Source of the DNA: the human T2T-CHM13v2.0 reference genome, Homo sapiens
NCBI RefSeq assembly: GCF_009914755.1
Contig: NC_060925.1
Strand: one strand, 5' to 3'
DNA: 64,000 nucleotides
The notes under the pieces were generated by a model, which saw nothing but the letters and a program-made list of their open reading frames with translations, ran no database searches and had not been told where the DNA came from. Both the position numbers and the translations under genes were made by a program. Positions 15,379 to 29,215 of this stretch are shown here, one piece after another (position 1 is the first letter of the stretch; each line of letters starts with the position of its first letter).

Positions 15379-16159
15379 TGTATCTAATATGTTTTCTAAT
15401 TTTGGTAAATGGAATAACTCTTACATTGCCATTCTTATTTTACATGTGTTCAAGAAGGAATAAAAAGTATGGCTGCATTGCAATTCAACACAAGCCAGTC
15501 AACTTGGTTAACTTTAGCTAACATTTTATAGCTCTATTTCCTTATTTCATAAGAGTAAGGTCATAAACTAGCTTTATAATCAGCTGAGCAAATCTCCCCA
15601 TTACTAATGGAGTTAAGATGACAGCATTTCTGTTAGTTTGTTCCATGAAAATCTTATAGATGAGCCCAAAATCTCCAAAGTTCTTTATGCACTGATGGTT
15701 ATCCCTAAGCTTTGTTTCTTTGACAAATATATATGGAGTGCCCAACATGTGTCCTGGGAAGCTAAAACACATTTACTGACATTAATATCCTCTTGAGAAA
15801 GTTCTAGAAATGTTAAGCAACAATTACTTTGCATTGTGCTCTCTTTATATAACTACTTCATTCTCTCAATACCCAAATTTCTTTCTAAATGGAGGGAGGT
15901 AGAGTAAAATTTTATCCTAAGATTTGAGTATATGTGTATATACACAAATATATTTGTGTATGTGTTATTCAAAAGGACTCAGTTCACACTTTGAAACCAA
16001 ACCACTGCAATAGGTAAAAAGTAACTTTAATTCTATTCTGAAAAGAACCTCTTCTTTAAACATAGGCATAATTTAATCATTGATACCATGAATGGACATT
16101 TGATGGTTGCTTATAAACAATGCATAATTGTATAATAATTCACTAGTGTATTTAAGAGC

Positions 16160-16400
16160 ACAATTTTTTAAAGGATGTATTCTTAGGTCACACAGGTCTG
16201 AATTGGGTTCTCAGAGCTATTGCCTTCTAGTTATGTGACCTTGGCAAATTCTTTCATATCTGAAAGCCTCAGGGTTTTTTTCATATGTTAAATGAAAATC
16301 ATAACCACCTTAAACATTGTTAGGAGAAATTCACAATATAAGGTATAAAAAGCTTTTAGTAGAGTGTTGGTAATATAGTAAGTACTAAATAAATGAAAGC
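16160..16400. mobile_element. MIR
   Basis: Core ctagttatgtgaccttggcaaatt..gcctcag..tcatatgttaaatg. Confidence 0.7.
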
Positions 16401-17488
16401 TATTCAAAAGACTTGTAATTGTTCTTAGATGTATTTTTAAATTAACTATTTTTTAGAAAAGCTTTAGGTTCACAGGTAAATTGAGGGGAAGGTACATAGA
16501 TTTCCCATATATCTTGTGGCTCCACATACTGATAGCCTCTCCCACTATCAACATCCCCCTTCAAAGTGGTACACTTGTTACAATTAATGGACCTACGTCG
16601 GCACGTCATTATCAGCCAAAGTCCATAATTTGCATTGGGGTTTACTACTTGTGTTATATAATCTGTGGCTTTGGACAGATGTATAATGACATGTGGCCAC
16701 CATTATAGTATCATACAGAATAGTTTCACTGCCCCAAAATTCCTCTGTGCTCTGCCTATGCGTCTCTGACAAATCCCTGAGAACAGATATTTTTTACGTT
16801 TTTTTAAATTGTTACCATAGTTTTGCCTTTTTAACAATGTCATTTAGTAGGAAATCGTGTAGTATATACTGTTTTCAGATTGGTTTTTTCATTTGGTAAT
16901 ATGCATTTAAAGTTCTTTCATGTCTATTTATGGCTTGACATTTAGCACTAAATCATATCCATTGTCTGCACGTGCCACCTGCTCAAGGATATCTTGGTTG
17001 CTTCCAAGTTTTGGAAATTATGCATAAAGCTGCTATAGACATCCACGTGCATGTTTTTGTGTGGACATAAGTTTTCAGCCATTTAGGTAAATACCAAGGA
17101 GGGCAGTTACTGGATTGCATGCTAAGAGCATATTTAGTTTTGTAAGAAACTGCCAAGCTGTCTTCTAAAGTGGCTATACCATTTTCTATTCCCACGAGCA
17201 ATGAAAGTTCCTGTTGCTCCACATCCTCATTAGCATTTGGTGTGGTCAGTGTTTTGGATTTTGGCCTGTCTAAAATGTGTATCAGTGGTATCTCGTTGTT
17301 TTTTTAATTTGCATTTTCCTAATGATATATGATGTGGAGCATCTTTTCATATGTTCATTTAGCATCTGTATATTTTCTTCGGTGAGTTGTCTATTAAAGA
17401 CTTTAGCCCATTTTTAATTGGGTTTTTCATTATCTTATTGTTGAGTTTTAAGAGTTCTTTGTATATTTTAAATAACAGTCTTTTATAA

Positions 17489-17922
<434 letters not shown>

Positions 17923-18569
17923 CATTATTCATTTCTTTTGTGGTTTCTGCCTTCAGTCTTATATTTAAAAAGTCATTGCCAAGCCCAACATTATGTATAT
18001 TTTCTCTTGTGTTATCTCTTAGGAGTTTTATGATCTTGCATTTTACATTTAGGTCTATGATCCATTTAGAGTTAATTTTTGTGAAGGGTGCCAGGTCTGT
18101 GTCTGGTTTGTTTTTTTCATGTGAATTTTCCATTGTTCCAGCACCATTTGTTGAAACAACTATCTTTGTTCCATTAATTGCCTTTTCTCCTTTTTCAAAG
18201 ATTAGTTGACTATATTTATGTGGATCTATTTCTGGGTTCTCCATTCTGTTTTATTGATCTATTCGTTTATTCTCTCACCAATATTACACAATCTTGATTA
18301 TTGTAGCTTTATATTAAGTCTTGATAAAGGATAGTGTCAGTCTTCCAACTTTGTTCTTCTCCTTAAATATTGTGATGGCTAGTCTGAGTCTTTTGCCTCT
18401 TCAGATAAACTTTAGTTTAAATTTGTCAGTATCTACAAAACAATTTGCTGGAATTTGTTTGGAATTGCATTAAATTTATAGGTCATTTTGGGAAGAACTG
18501 ACATCTTGACTATATTGATTCTTCCTTTCCATGAACATAGAATATCTCTCTATTTATTTAGTTATTTGA

Positions 18570-18889
<320 letters not shown>

Positions 18890-21800
18890 TTCATCAGTGT
18901 TTTCAGGGGTCCTCATATAGATAATGAATATGTTTTCATTAGATTTATAGTGGTTGATTCTTGTGTGTTAACCTTATATGCTGCAACTTTGCTATATTAG
19001 TTTTTAATTCCAGGAATTTTTTAATTATTTTGGGTTTTCTATATAGACTATCATGTCACTACTAACAAAGGCAGTTTTATTTCTTCCTTTCCTATCAGTA
19101 TATCTTTTATATCATTTTCTTTCCTTCTGGCATCAGCTAAGAATTTTAGTATGATGTTGAAAAATAGTGGTGAGAGGGGACATCTTTGCCTTGCTCCTGA
19201 TCTTAGTGAGAAAGTTTTGTATGTCTCAGCATTAAATAAGTTGTTAGCTGTGGATTTTTTGTAGATATTTCTTACCAAATTGAGGAAATCCCCCTCTACT
19301 TCTAGTTTACTAAGAGTTTCCAGCATTAATCCATGTTGAATTTTTTTCAAAAGCGTTTTTGCATTTATTGATATAATTATGTGACGTTTTTTCTTTAGCC
19401 TGTGCATGTGATAGATTTTGAAATTTTGAACCAGATTTGCAGATTTATGATAAGACCAATTTGGTCATAGTGTATAACTTTTTTTATACATTGTTGGATT
19501 TTATTTGCTAATATTTTATTAAGAAATTTTATAACTATGTTCATGAAGGATATTAGTATGTTGTTTTCTTTTCTTATAATAACTTTGTCTAGTTTTGGTA
19601 TTAGGGTAATACTGGCCTCATAGAACGAGTTTTTAAGTATATTCCTCTGCTTCTATCTTCCAGAAGAGATTATAGAGAATTGGTACATTTTTTTCCTTAA
19701 ATGTTTGGCATTTGGTTCACCAGTGAACCATTAATACCTGATGTCTTCCGTTTTAGAAGTCTTTTAATTATTGATTTGATTTCCTTAATAGATATGGTCC
19801 TATGAGAGTGTCTATTTTTCCTTGGGTGACTTTTGGCAGATTGTTTCTTTGAAGGAATTGATCACTTTCATCTAGATTATAATATTTGTGGCATAGAGTT
19901 TTTCAAAGTATTATTTTATTATCCTTTCAATGTCCATGAGATCTGTAATGATGCTTCTTCCTCATTTCTAATATTAGTTATTCGTGTTATCTCCCTATTT
20001 TTCTTAATTAGGCTTGCCAGAGGCTTATCAATTTTACTGACTTTTTCCAAAGAACCAGTTTTTGGTTTTGTTGATTTTCTCCATTGATTTCCTATTTCAA
20101 TTTTATTGATTTTTTCTAATTTTTATTATTTCTTTTCTTCTTATTATTCCGGACTTAATTTGCTCTTCTTTTTCTAGTTTCCTAAAATGGAAGCTTAGAT
20201 TATTGATTTTTAGATCTTTCTGTTTTATAACATATACATTCAATGCTATAAATTTCTTACTAAGCACTATTTTTACTGCATCACAAATTTTGATAAGTTG
20301 TGTTTTCATTTTCACAGTTCTTTGATATTCTGTTCTATTTTTTTTCAGTCGTTTCTTTTCTCTTTTTCAGTTTTGGAAGTTTCTACTGAAATATCCTCAA
20401 GCTCAAAAAGAATTTTTTTACCTGTAGCTAATCTCATAAGCACATCAAAGGTATTCTTCATTTCTGTTACAATGTTTTTCATCTCTAGCATTTCTTTTTG
20501 AATCTTTCTTAGAGTTTCCATCTGTCTGCTTACATTGCCCATTTGTTCTTGAATAATATTTACTTTATCCATTAAAGCAAATGCCATATTAATCATAGTT
20601 GATTTAAATTTCCAGTCTAACAATTCCAACATCCTGAGCATACCAAGCATCCCGGCTATGATGCTTGGTCTATCTCCTCAAACTGTGGTTTTTGTCATTT
20701 AGTATGTCTTATATTTTTTCTTTGATAGTCAAACATGGTGTACTGGGTCTGGGTAAAAGGAACTTAAGATATTTTTAAAATTTATCCTCAGATAACTAAA
20801 ATGTCAATAAATATTTATATCCTGTGATTATCCATATGCAAATTAGTTATATATGAAGAGTCAAGACCAAGTTCGAGTCGTACAAATACAAGAAATTGAT
20901 AAAAAAATTAATCATTCAAAGAAGAAAAAAGGTAAGTATTACTTCAAACTGGAGTTTGCTGGACTGCATCTATAAGCAACCCTAAACCACATGGAAAGGG
21001 AATTCCTCAATAATTTCATACTTTATGAAAATTAAATGCAGTTATATCTCAGTTTTTCATCTTTATTGTGTCCCCTATTTTGAAAGCTTGTGAGTCCTAA
21101 TTATTCATTGACAATTTTTATGGTGCAAATAAAGATAGAATTAAAGAAAGAACAAAAAAGAAAACTGCTTTTAAGCTTAACCCAACCTGCCTTTGTGTGA
21201 CATTAATGTCGCAGCCACTCACAGTCTTGTAATTCGACTTTTTGTCCTGGTTCCCTGATGCCTAGAATAGTGTCCATTGCCCAAGAAATGCCAATTTTAT
21301 GTGGTCATAGGTAGTATTTTCTCATTTTGTCTAAAGTAGAAATTGAGCAAGATGAAAAAGGCAGTCCCTAGGTAGAGATATTGAGGTGCATACCAGGCTC
21401 TTTTAACTTACTTTCTGTTCTCTCGTTGACTCCTTGGATCAATTTATTTAATTTTACTTTATAGCAATATTTACAGAAAGACTATTACAGCTATTGTTAC
21501 TTTATATTCATATCCAAGTTACCTATAAATGTTCCTTTTAGATTTTTCTGATGTTCTTTGGGAAAGAAATAGTCAGGGGATGGTTTCTGTATTTAAACAA
21601 AATTGATTCCTATACAAAGGAAAAAATTGTCTAAAAGAATATGCAACATTTGAAAAAAGTAATGAAGAAAATTAAATAAAACCTACTTTGGTACCACTGA
21701 GTATTTTAAGTAAAACTGAATCAGATGGTTTGGCTGAAAAAAAGGCTCAATTTATATGTTTCAGAAACTCACCTTATTGTTTGGGGTCACCAATATTAAC

Positions 21801-21956
21801 AGAAAACAACGAAAAGGAGCTTTGATTATATACCTACTGGCAGTTATCAGCATACACATGTCACAGCTCAAGAAAGCTATTGTTTTTTAAATGATAAATT
21901 TCTGCTATTTTGGTAACTTCTGTTTATTTTTTTCTGGATTTAAAAAAAAATGTTGC

Positions 21957-22279
21957 GTCTTGTTGCGGTGGCTCATGCCTATAATCTTAGCACTTTGGGA
22001 GGCAAGAGATTGGACAGACTGCTCGAGTCCACCTGGGCTTTGAGACCACCCTGGGTTACATGCAAAACCCTGTCCCTACCAAAAAAAAAAAAAAAAAAAA
22101 GGAAAAAATTAGCCAGGCATGATGGCACATGCCTGTAAATACAGCTACTCAGGAGGCTGAGGTGGGGGGGATAGCTTGAGCCCAGGAAGCAGAGGTTGCA
22201 GTGAGCTGAGATCGTGCCACCGCACTCCATACTGGGAGACCGAGTGAGATCCTGTCTCAAAAAACAAACAAACAAACAA
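21957..22279 (+). mobile_element. AluJ
   Basis: Diverged dimer with long middle A-tract and (CAAA)n tail. Confidence 0.9.
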
Positions 22280-22359
22280 TTGTTGCAACAAAGACAACTT
22301 GAAAAAAATCAAGAAGCCCATTAAATGATCTATTATTTTATGTAAGTTATCAAAAAACA

Positions 22360-22675
22360 GACCGGGAGCAGTGGCTTACCCCTGTAATCCTAGCACTTTG
22401 GGAGACTGATGAGAGTGGATCGCTCGAGCCCAGTAGTTCAAGACCAGCCTGAACAACAAAGCAAAACCCCACTTCTACCAAAAAAAAAAAAAAAAAAATT
22501 AGCCGGGCATGCATTTGTGGTCCCAGGTACTCTGAAGGCTGAGGTGGGAGGATCACCTAAGATGGGGAGGTCATTGCTGCAGTGAGCTGATATGGAGCTA
22601 CTGCACTGCAGCCTGCAGCCTGCAGCCTGGATGACAGAGGCTACAGAGGGAGACCCCGTCTCAAAAAAAAAAAAA
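22360..22675 (+). mobile_element. AluJ
   Basis: Diverged dimer with an internal (tgcagcc)x3. Confidence 0.9.
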
Positions 22676-24104
22676 TCTATTTGTTTCTCTAAAGTTACTG
22701 ATCTGATGGGTGTTTTGCCATTATGCAAACAAAGCCTAAATGGAGTAGATTGTAATAGCTGATTGTGAAGTCAGTAATCATTCAATAAATTGCCTTGGTG
22801 ATTGGGGCCGAATCATTCACTCATTCATTTATTCAGTAAGTATTATTGACTATCTAGATATGCCAGGTATTGTACTACAGAATGACAATTTGGTATGGAA
22901 GTTCCTTGAGAGAAGAATTGTTTTTTTCTACCTTAGCATGTCTGATATCTTGTACAGAGCCTCATATTGACCCTGGGTAACAATTGTTATTATTGCTTTC
23001 ATAATTACTTTTGTGGCTGTTGATTCTGATAATACATAAGATAAGAAAGTGGCTTAACAATGAAATTCAATAAATCTTTATGTTTTATACAATTGGGGAA
23101 AATGTATCTGTAAATGGAATTTCTTGTACCAGTAGCAAAAAAAAAAAAAAGTCCAAATAAAAGTTTTTCATATGGCAATGCCTCACTGAAAAGAGGCTAC
23201 ATCATTCTGTAAGTTAAAAAAAATTATTAGCACCACATTCTGGAAATACTGCCTTGCTCATTATATCAAAAAATTTCTGGTTCTTTTAATCACTGCTAAA
23301 ATGCTAACAGCTCCCTTTAATGCCTAGTCAATAAGCAGATTAAAACATAAATGCCACTAAATATGCTTTAAATATCAGCTCCATTGAAATATTTCTAAGT
23401 TCTGTATCCTCTTAAAATAATCCCCATTCAAAATTGAGAGGAAATGTCATCCATATGAGTTTCTTCAGAATTTAAGCTCTGATTAAACAAGGAATTATGT
23501 ACTATAGCTTTGGAAATCGGATAATTAAAGAAGCACCAGACTCTTTGTTGATGACATTTTTGAGCCTAAAAAGTTTTCATCAATGCTACAGTGAAATTTT
23601 ATATTTAAGTAATGTTGCACATGATGAGTACATTTCTAACCCCAATTAAGCTAGCTACCTTAAGAGGGAACTGTGAAGAAAGGAAAAGATGCAAAATTAT
23701 ACCAGAAAAGCCAACTACCCTGGCTACAGAGCTGCAAAAAGGCCATCTGCTCTGACTAGGTCTTAGTAGAGAAAGGAAGAGAAGCATAAAATTATAATGA
23801 AATAACTGTAACTTTCAGGGAAATAATGGTCTGCTAAAGAAATTGAATTGACTCAAAGGTGAATCGATGGACTCTCTCCCAATATTCATTTATTCTCCAT
23901 TGTCCAATGTGATATACAAAGAGGAAGTCATTCGTAGACCTCAGAATAAATCTGATTCTTTCTTAGGTGAATGTAGACAAAAAACGATCCAAATATATAT
24001 TCACATCTGATGCAGAGTAAGGGAGATTTGGCATCATTTTTCCTATTATCAGAGCCGTTGGGAGTACTTTCACTAAAAAATCCATCTTTGTCCTTTTATA
24101 AGTT

Positions 24105-24950
24105 ATAAGAAAGGGGAAAAATTATTTTCCTCTTCCCTCCTGGGTTCTATGGCTGGCTGGACCCCTCAAAATTAAAACAAAAGAGATATTAACAAGAAGA
24201 AAGCAAGCAGAATTTATTAACATGACAAGCAAGCATAAATGCTGAGAAAGTCAGTGATGAGCAACACAAAGGGGTAGTTAAAACTTGGGGTATATATAGG
24301 ATTTTAACAAAGAAGAGTAAATTTGCAGAGAAGAGATAAACAAAACAAAACAAAGGTTTTAGGCCTGTAGGAACTGCATATTGTAGGAAGGTAAATATAT
24401 GGGGGAGTAAGGTAAGGTTGTGCAGGTCCATCTTGGTGCCAACTTTCCATCTTCTTCATAGCTGTAAAACTTCCACAGGAGAGGAGATTGCTCTTATTTC
24501 TTAGGAGTTGCTTTTTGTTGTTATTGTTTTGTTTTATTTTTGTTTTTGCTTTTTTGAGACAGGTTCTTGTTCTGTCTCCCAGGCTGGAGTGCAGTGGCAC
24601 GATCTCAGCTCACAGCATCCTCGACCTCCTGGGCTCAGGTGATTCTTTCACCCCAGCCTCCCCAACAGCTGGGACTACAGGCCTGTGCCACTATGCCTGG
24701 CTACTTTCTCTATTGTTTTGTACAGACAGTTGTCCAGGCTGGTCTCTAACTCCTGAGCTCAAGAAATCCTCCCACCTTGCCCTCCCAAAGTGCTAAGATT
24801 ACAGGCATGAGCCACCGTGCCTGGCCAGTTTCTGCTTTTAGAGAAGAGAAGCTCCAAGAACACTTCTTTCTGAATCTGTTGATCTCATTTGCCTGTAGCT
24901 CAAAATAATACTTACGTCAAATGGAATATTTTGGGGTGGCATTTGGGGTG
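24105..24950 (-). mobile_element. MER34-type ERV1 LTR interrupted by an AluJ
   Basis: Reverse complement of atgccaccccaaaatat..ttattttgagct at ~24895-24945, and aaaattattttcct at the other end. Confidence 0.65.
24511..24826 (-). mobile_element. AluJ
   Basis: Diverged dimer. Confidence 0.9.
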
Positions 24951-26151
24951 GTCCTCCATGTAGTCTAATCATAATATTTTATTCCAATAACCAAGGTCAT
25001 ATTACAAGGCCCTAAAATATACATTTTACTAATGTCTTTCAAATGTTACATATTCAGTTTCAGCTTAATAATCAACCCACTGATATTTGCCAGTATTTGC
25101 ATCTTGCAGATGTGCAACACACCTACATTCTTCTTAGTAACTTCCTTTATTAAGAAAGCATATTACTTATACTTAATCCTATTGAAAGCCCAGAATCCAA
25201 ACTGTAATATTTGAAATTGCCCACATTGCTTTTCTTTTAAGCCTACTTTTTTTTTCATAGTATTCTCTTTCTCCCACCAAATGCAGAAACTCATTATTTC
25301 TCCCATTAAAATGATGAAGAGGTTTATCATGTTCAATCATAGATAATAGTGTTCAAAGTTGGAGGTCACCAGAGATCATATCTTTGTTCATTTTGCAAAT
25401 GAAGAAATGAGCTACAGGTAGGTTAAGTGTAGTTGGATAAGAATTGTATTGCTTGTACAACCTCAAACTACCATTAAGATAGAAACATTCCCACTCAGAG
25501 GTGTTCCTAGAAGGGAAAGACAAAACATCACTGGAGTTGCAACCCAAGAAAGCCTATCCGAGCGGATGAGAGGAAACAGAAGTCCAGCCTAGTTTCACCC
25601 ACCACACTCCTTCCTGAGGAACTGTGCTGGTCCAAACCTTTTGCTAGTTTGCACTAAGATACCATATAGCCTGGCATGTGGTCCTGATCCTTATTAAGGT
25701 ACCTTTTGAAGAAACTTGATTGAAAGGCTAAGAAGGAGCTTTAGAAGTCTCCTGAAAGCAATGACATCTGGGATTTCTGAAACTGAATTCGTTGAACCTG
25801 ATAGCAACTCCATAGGAAAGGTCACACAGGTTTGGGTGAGAAATACATGATTTGCAAATGTCAGCTAAGATTTGGATAAGCATCTGGCTTTTGGTTATGT
25901 ATTTGAAAATGAATAAACACTGAAATCTGGAAGATTCATACTCACTGGACCTAATCCACCCAGGATTTAACAGCCAGAAAAGAAATGTTGGTTATGGCAT
26001 GAATTCCATAAACTTTTATGTAATTTACACACAAAAACAAAGCAGCACATATGTGTATGTCTGTATACATATGTAAACATGTCTATACATAATCCACACA
26101 CACAAATATGTGTATGTTTCTATGCATTTCATGTATATATGCATGTAGGTT

Positions 26152-26164
26152 TGTCTGTGTGTGT

Positions 26165-26199
<35 letters not shown>
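26152..26199. repeat. (TG)n microsatellite
   Basis: Interrupted TG run read directly from the sequence. Confidence 0.95.
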
Positions 26200-26200
<1 letters not shown>

Positions 26201-27209
26201 ATGTGTTTAAATATTCCGAAGCTTTGGGCCAGTTGGCCATGCATTCAGTTTCTCTTGGAAAAGATTTGCTTCATATCTAATAGAAATATACAATCTGGTT
26301 AAATGTTGCTGGTAAAATGTCTAACACATGGGTGGATTGAGATTGTGAACAAGTGGAGAATACTAAAGCAGCCTGATGGAGATAGACCCTTTGAAGGGAG
26401 GCCAGGAAACATTTCATTCCAAAGAGAAGGGATACGCATCTATTGTTTCTCCAGCTGGCTAAGCAACGGCAGGGATGTTTCCTACTAAACAGCCTCATTA
26501 ACATAAGCATAACTACAGGGTAAGTTTTCAAGCTCATTCCAAGTAAATTCAAAGGAGGGGTGGGGGAAGAAAGATGCCGTTAATATGCACAACTCATGCA
26601 GACAATGATATGAAGCTAATTCATTTCATCATATTATCACCATAGCATATTAACTTAAAAGAAATAATAAGACAACATGGAAATGTTTGCATATTAGAGA
26701 GAATTCTCGTTGTACCCTATTAGCACCATATCTTATTAGTATTGCATTAGGCTACCATACTGCAATGCTAAAATGATGAAATCCCACTGTGAAAACTGAT
26801 ATTGAATTCTTGTAATGTTTCAGAATCATTTTTAGCACTGCATATAAATAATTCATGTGAGCAGATCTAATGAATTGATGGAAGAAAAAAAACATCCCTT
26901 GGCATTGTGAGCGTATTTATGAATGTAAAGTCACGAGCAAGACGCTTTCTCATGGAAGGTGGGCAAGGGCTGAAGTGTGACATCTCTTCCAGAGCCGGTT
27001 ATTAATATAATGAGGATTTCTAGGTCAAGTCCAGTTGAAATATTCCTGAAATATTTCCTTCTAGGAAAGGTGGCACAATACTGGTTGGCACTCTCCTGTC
27101 CTTTCTGAATGTAGATTGCAGATTAACTGGGGTAGGCACCCTAGTTTAGAGACACTGGCTGCACAGCATCAAAATTCAATAAACTGAGAACCCAAGTGAA
27201 GTAGTGTCT

Positions 27210-27420
27210 TTTGTACTTCCAATGTCTTTGATGAACCCTTGTCAAACTGTGTTATACCTATCTGATTCCTCATCTGTCTTCACCATTGTCCTGCACACTT
27301 CTCGAAGTCAGGGATCATAATTTATTCATATTTGTAATCCTAATCCCTAGCACAAAGCACGTCCTTGAATACGTACCCAATAAATATTGAATGAATGGAT
27401 GGATGAATGAATATATTTAT
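27210..27420 (+). mobile_element. L2 3' end
   Basis: Ends in caataaatattgaatgaatggatggatgaatgaa. Confidence 0.65.
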
Positions 27421-29029
27421 TCAATTCCAAAGATTCCAATTAAAAAGTTGGAATAAATGTGGGAGTAGGTCATTTACATTTAAATCTGATTGTTTTGCTA
27501 AATTTAAATCTTTATTTGCAATGTTGAATTCAGTCAAAGCAGTTTCAGTTTAGAAAGGCATTCTAATTCAATGGAATTCTTCCAGAGTTAGATGCAATTG
27601 TTTAAGTTCCTGCTTTAGATTAATGGCTTTTTGGTTTCTCATACTACATATTGCATATTGGTGTCAGCGTGCTTGCAGAGAAGTAATCCTAATGCAATTT
27701 CAACTCCCCAGGATGGAGGTTTCCTGCAAAGGGAGCTGTTGTGTAACATGTATTCCCCTATGTAGAAATATCGCTGGCAGTTACCGTGAATTGCAGGGCA
27801 GAAGCCAATGACCTGTTTTCGGTACTCGGTGTAGCTGGCTGTGGGCACTGTGATTCTTTGCTACTGCTCTCCGGAGTTCACTACACTTAAGCTCCAGATC
27901 CCTCATGGCCTATTTCGTGCTTTCTGCTCAACGAATGGATCACACATAGCCCCTAGTTCCAGGCCTTCTTTCTACACAGTTAACTTGTTTCAAAATTAAA
28001 GAAACTGAGAAGGAATAATGAATAGATTTTCCTGGAAGAAAAAACTAGATTTATTTTTCATCTCGAAGAGAATAATTTAACATGAGATTGAAGGAGACCA
28101 CCTCACAGTCCAACACAGGCCCCAGTGAGTTCATGCATGTGCTTGCAAACACACACACACGTATTAGCTCTTCAACTATTGTTGTGAGTATTCATCAAGA
28201 CTCAAAGTCATTCACTCACAAGATTATCTTTTTCACTGTGTCAAAAGTCTAGAGAGTGAGTTAGAAATAGCCTCATAAACAATGGCTATGTGGCTCAATG
28301 AAAAGTCACTTGTTCTCTGGTAGACAGCTTGCCACAGCAAGGCTAGGTGCAAAGGCACTAGAAAGAAGTCCCATGGGTGCTTTTTCATGCTTTTCCTGCT
28401 TTTAACTTTTAAGGATCTCATGTGGTGGGCTCTCTCAGAAGTCAACATGCAGAGAAGTAAAAGGTTCTTTATGCAGATGGACAGTCATTGAAGGAAACAG
28501 AGGTCCAAATGGAAAACAAGTGTTCCCGTGCCGCTCAGATGAGTTAAAAAGGCCAGTATTTCTCCTTCTTCTTTCCCATCCACTGAGGATTTGTACATAG
28601 GTAAATAGGCTGAGTTAGATGATGCGGTAATGTAGGAGTAGCATTGAGACTTGTTGATAAGGCGCAAGACAGAAAATGAAAACTCACAATTTTTATTTTA
28701 CCAACAAAAGCCATTCTCTAACTGTGCACCTCAAAGTACAACTGCAGATGTGAATCATAGTTGAAAGTAAGAGTTAGAATTAAGGAAATGATAGCAAGAT
28801 TATATGATAGCCTTAAGAAACAATTTGTTCTGTTTTGCTGATGGATGATCTGAGTTTCTCTGCAAACCTTCTGTGCTTCACAGATCACTGCAGGTAACAT
28901 GCTGGAGTTGTTTCTTGGCTGTTAATACACAAGGCAGAAAATTCTAGTTGTGAGGTTTAAAAGACTCAGGTTTTCTCTTTTGTTGTTTGGATAAACAGTG
29001 TTGTGAAGGCATTTTCTCCTGCTTTTCAT

Positions 29030-29215
29030 TTCCATGTACTTGAGCACCTGCTAAGTGGAGCATGCATTCGTTATTTTGTTTCATCCCCATTTTACAGATT
29101 AGGAAACTGAAACTCAGAGAAGTTAAATAATTTACCCAGAGTAACAGAGCTTTGTTGAGGAGATAAAAATAGATACAAGTCAAGGTTTATTTGATTCCAG
29201 AGCCTATGCTCTTAG
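29030..29215. mobile_element. MIR
   Basis: ccccattttacagat..gaaactga..agagaagttaaataatttaccca. Confidence 0.7.

Noticed and set aside
23966-24020. Possible 50-nt + strand exon (ttcttag|..GA|gtaagg)
   Set aside because: Weak donor, and its open frame is not phase-compatible with the upstream candidate exon.
26455-26519. Possible 65-nt + strand exon (tctccag|..GG|gtaagt)
   Set aside because: Such splice-site pairs arise by chance in 64 kb and there is no coding or other support.
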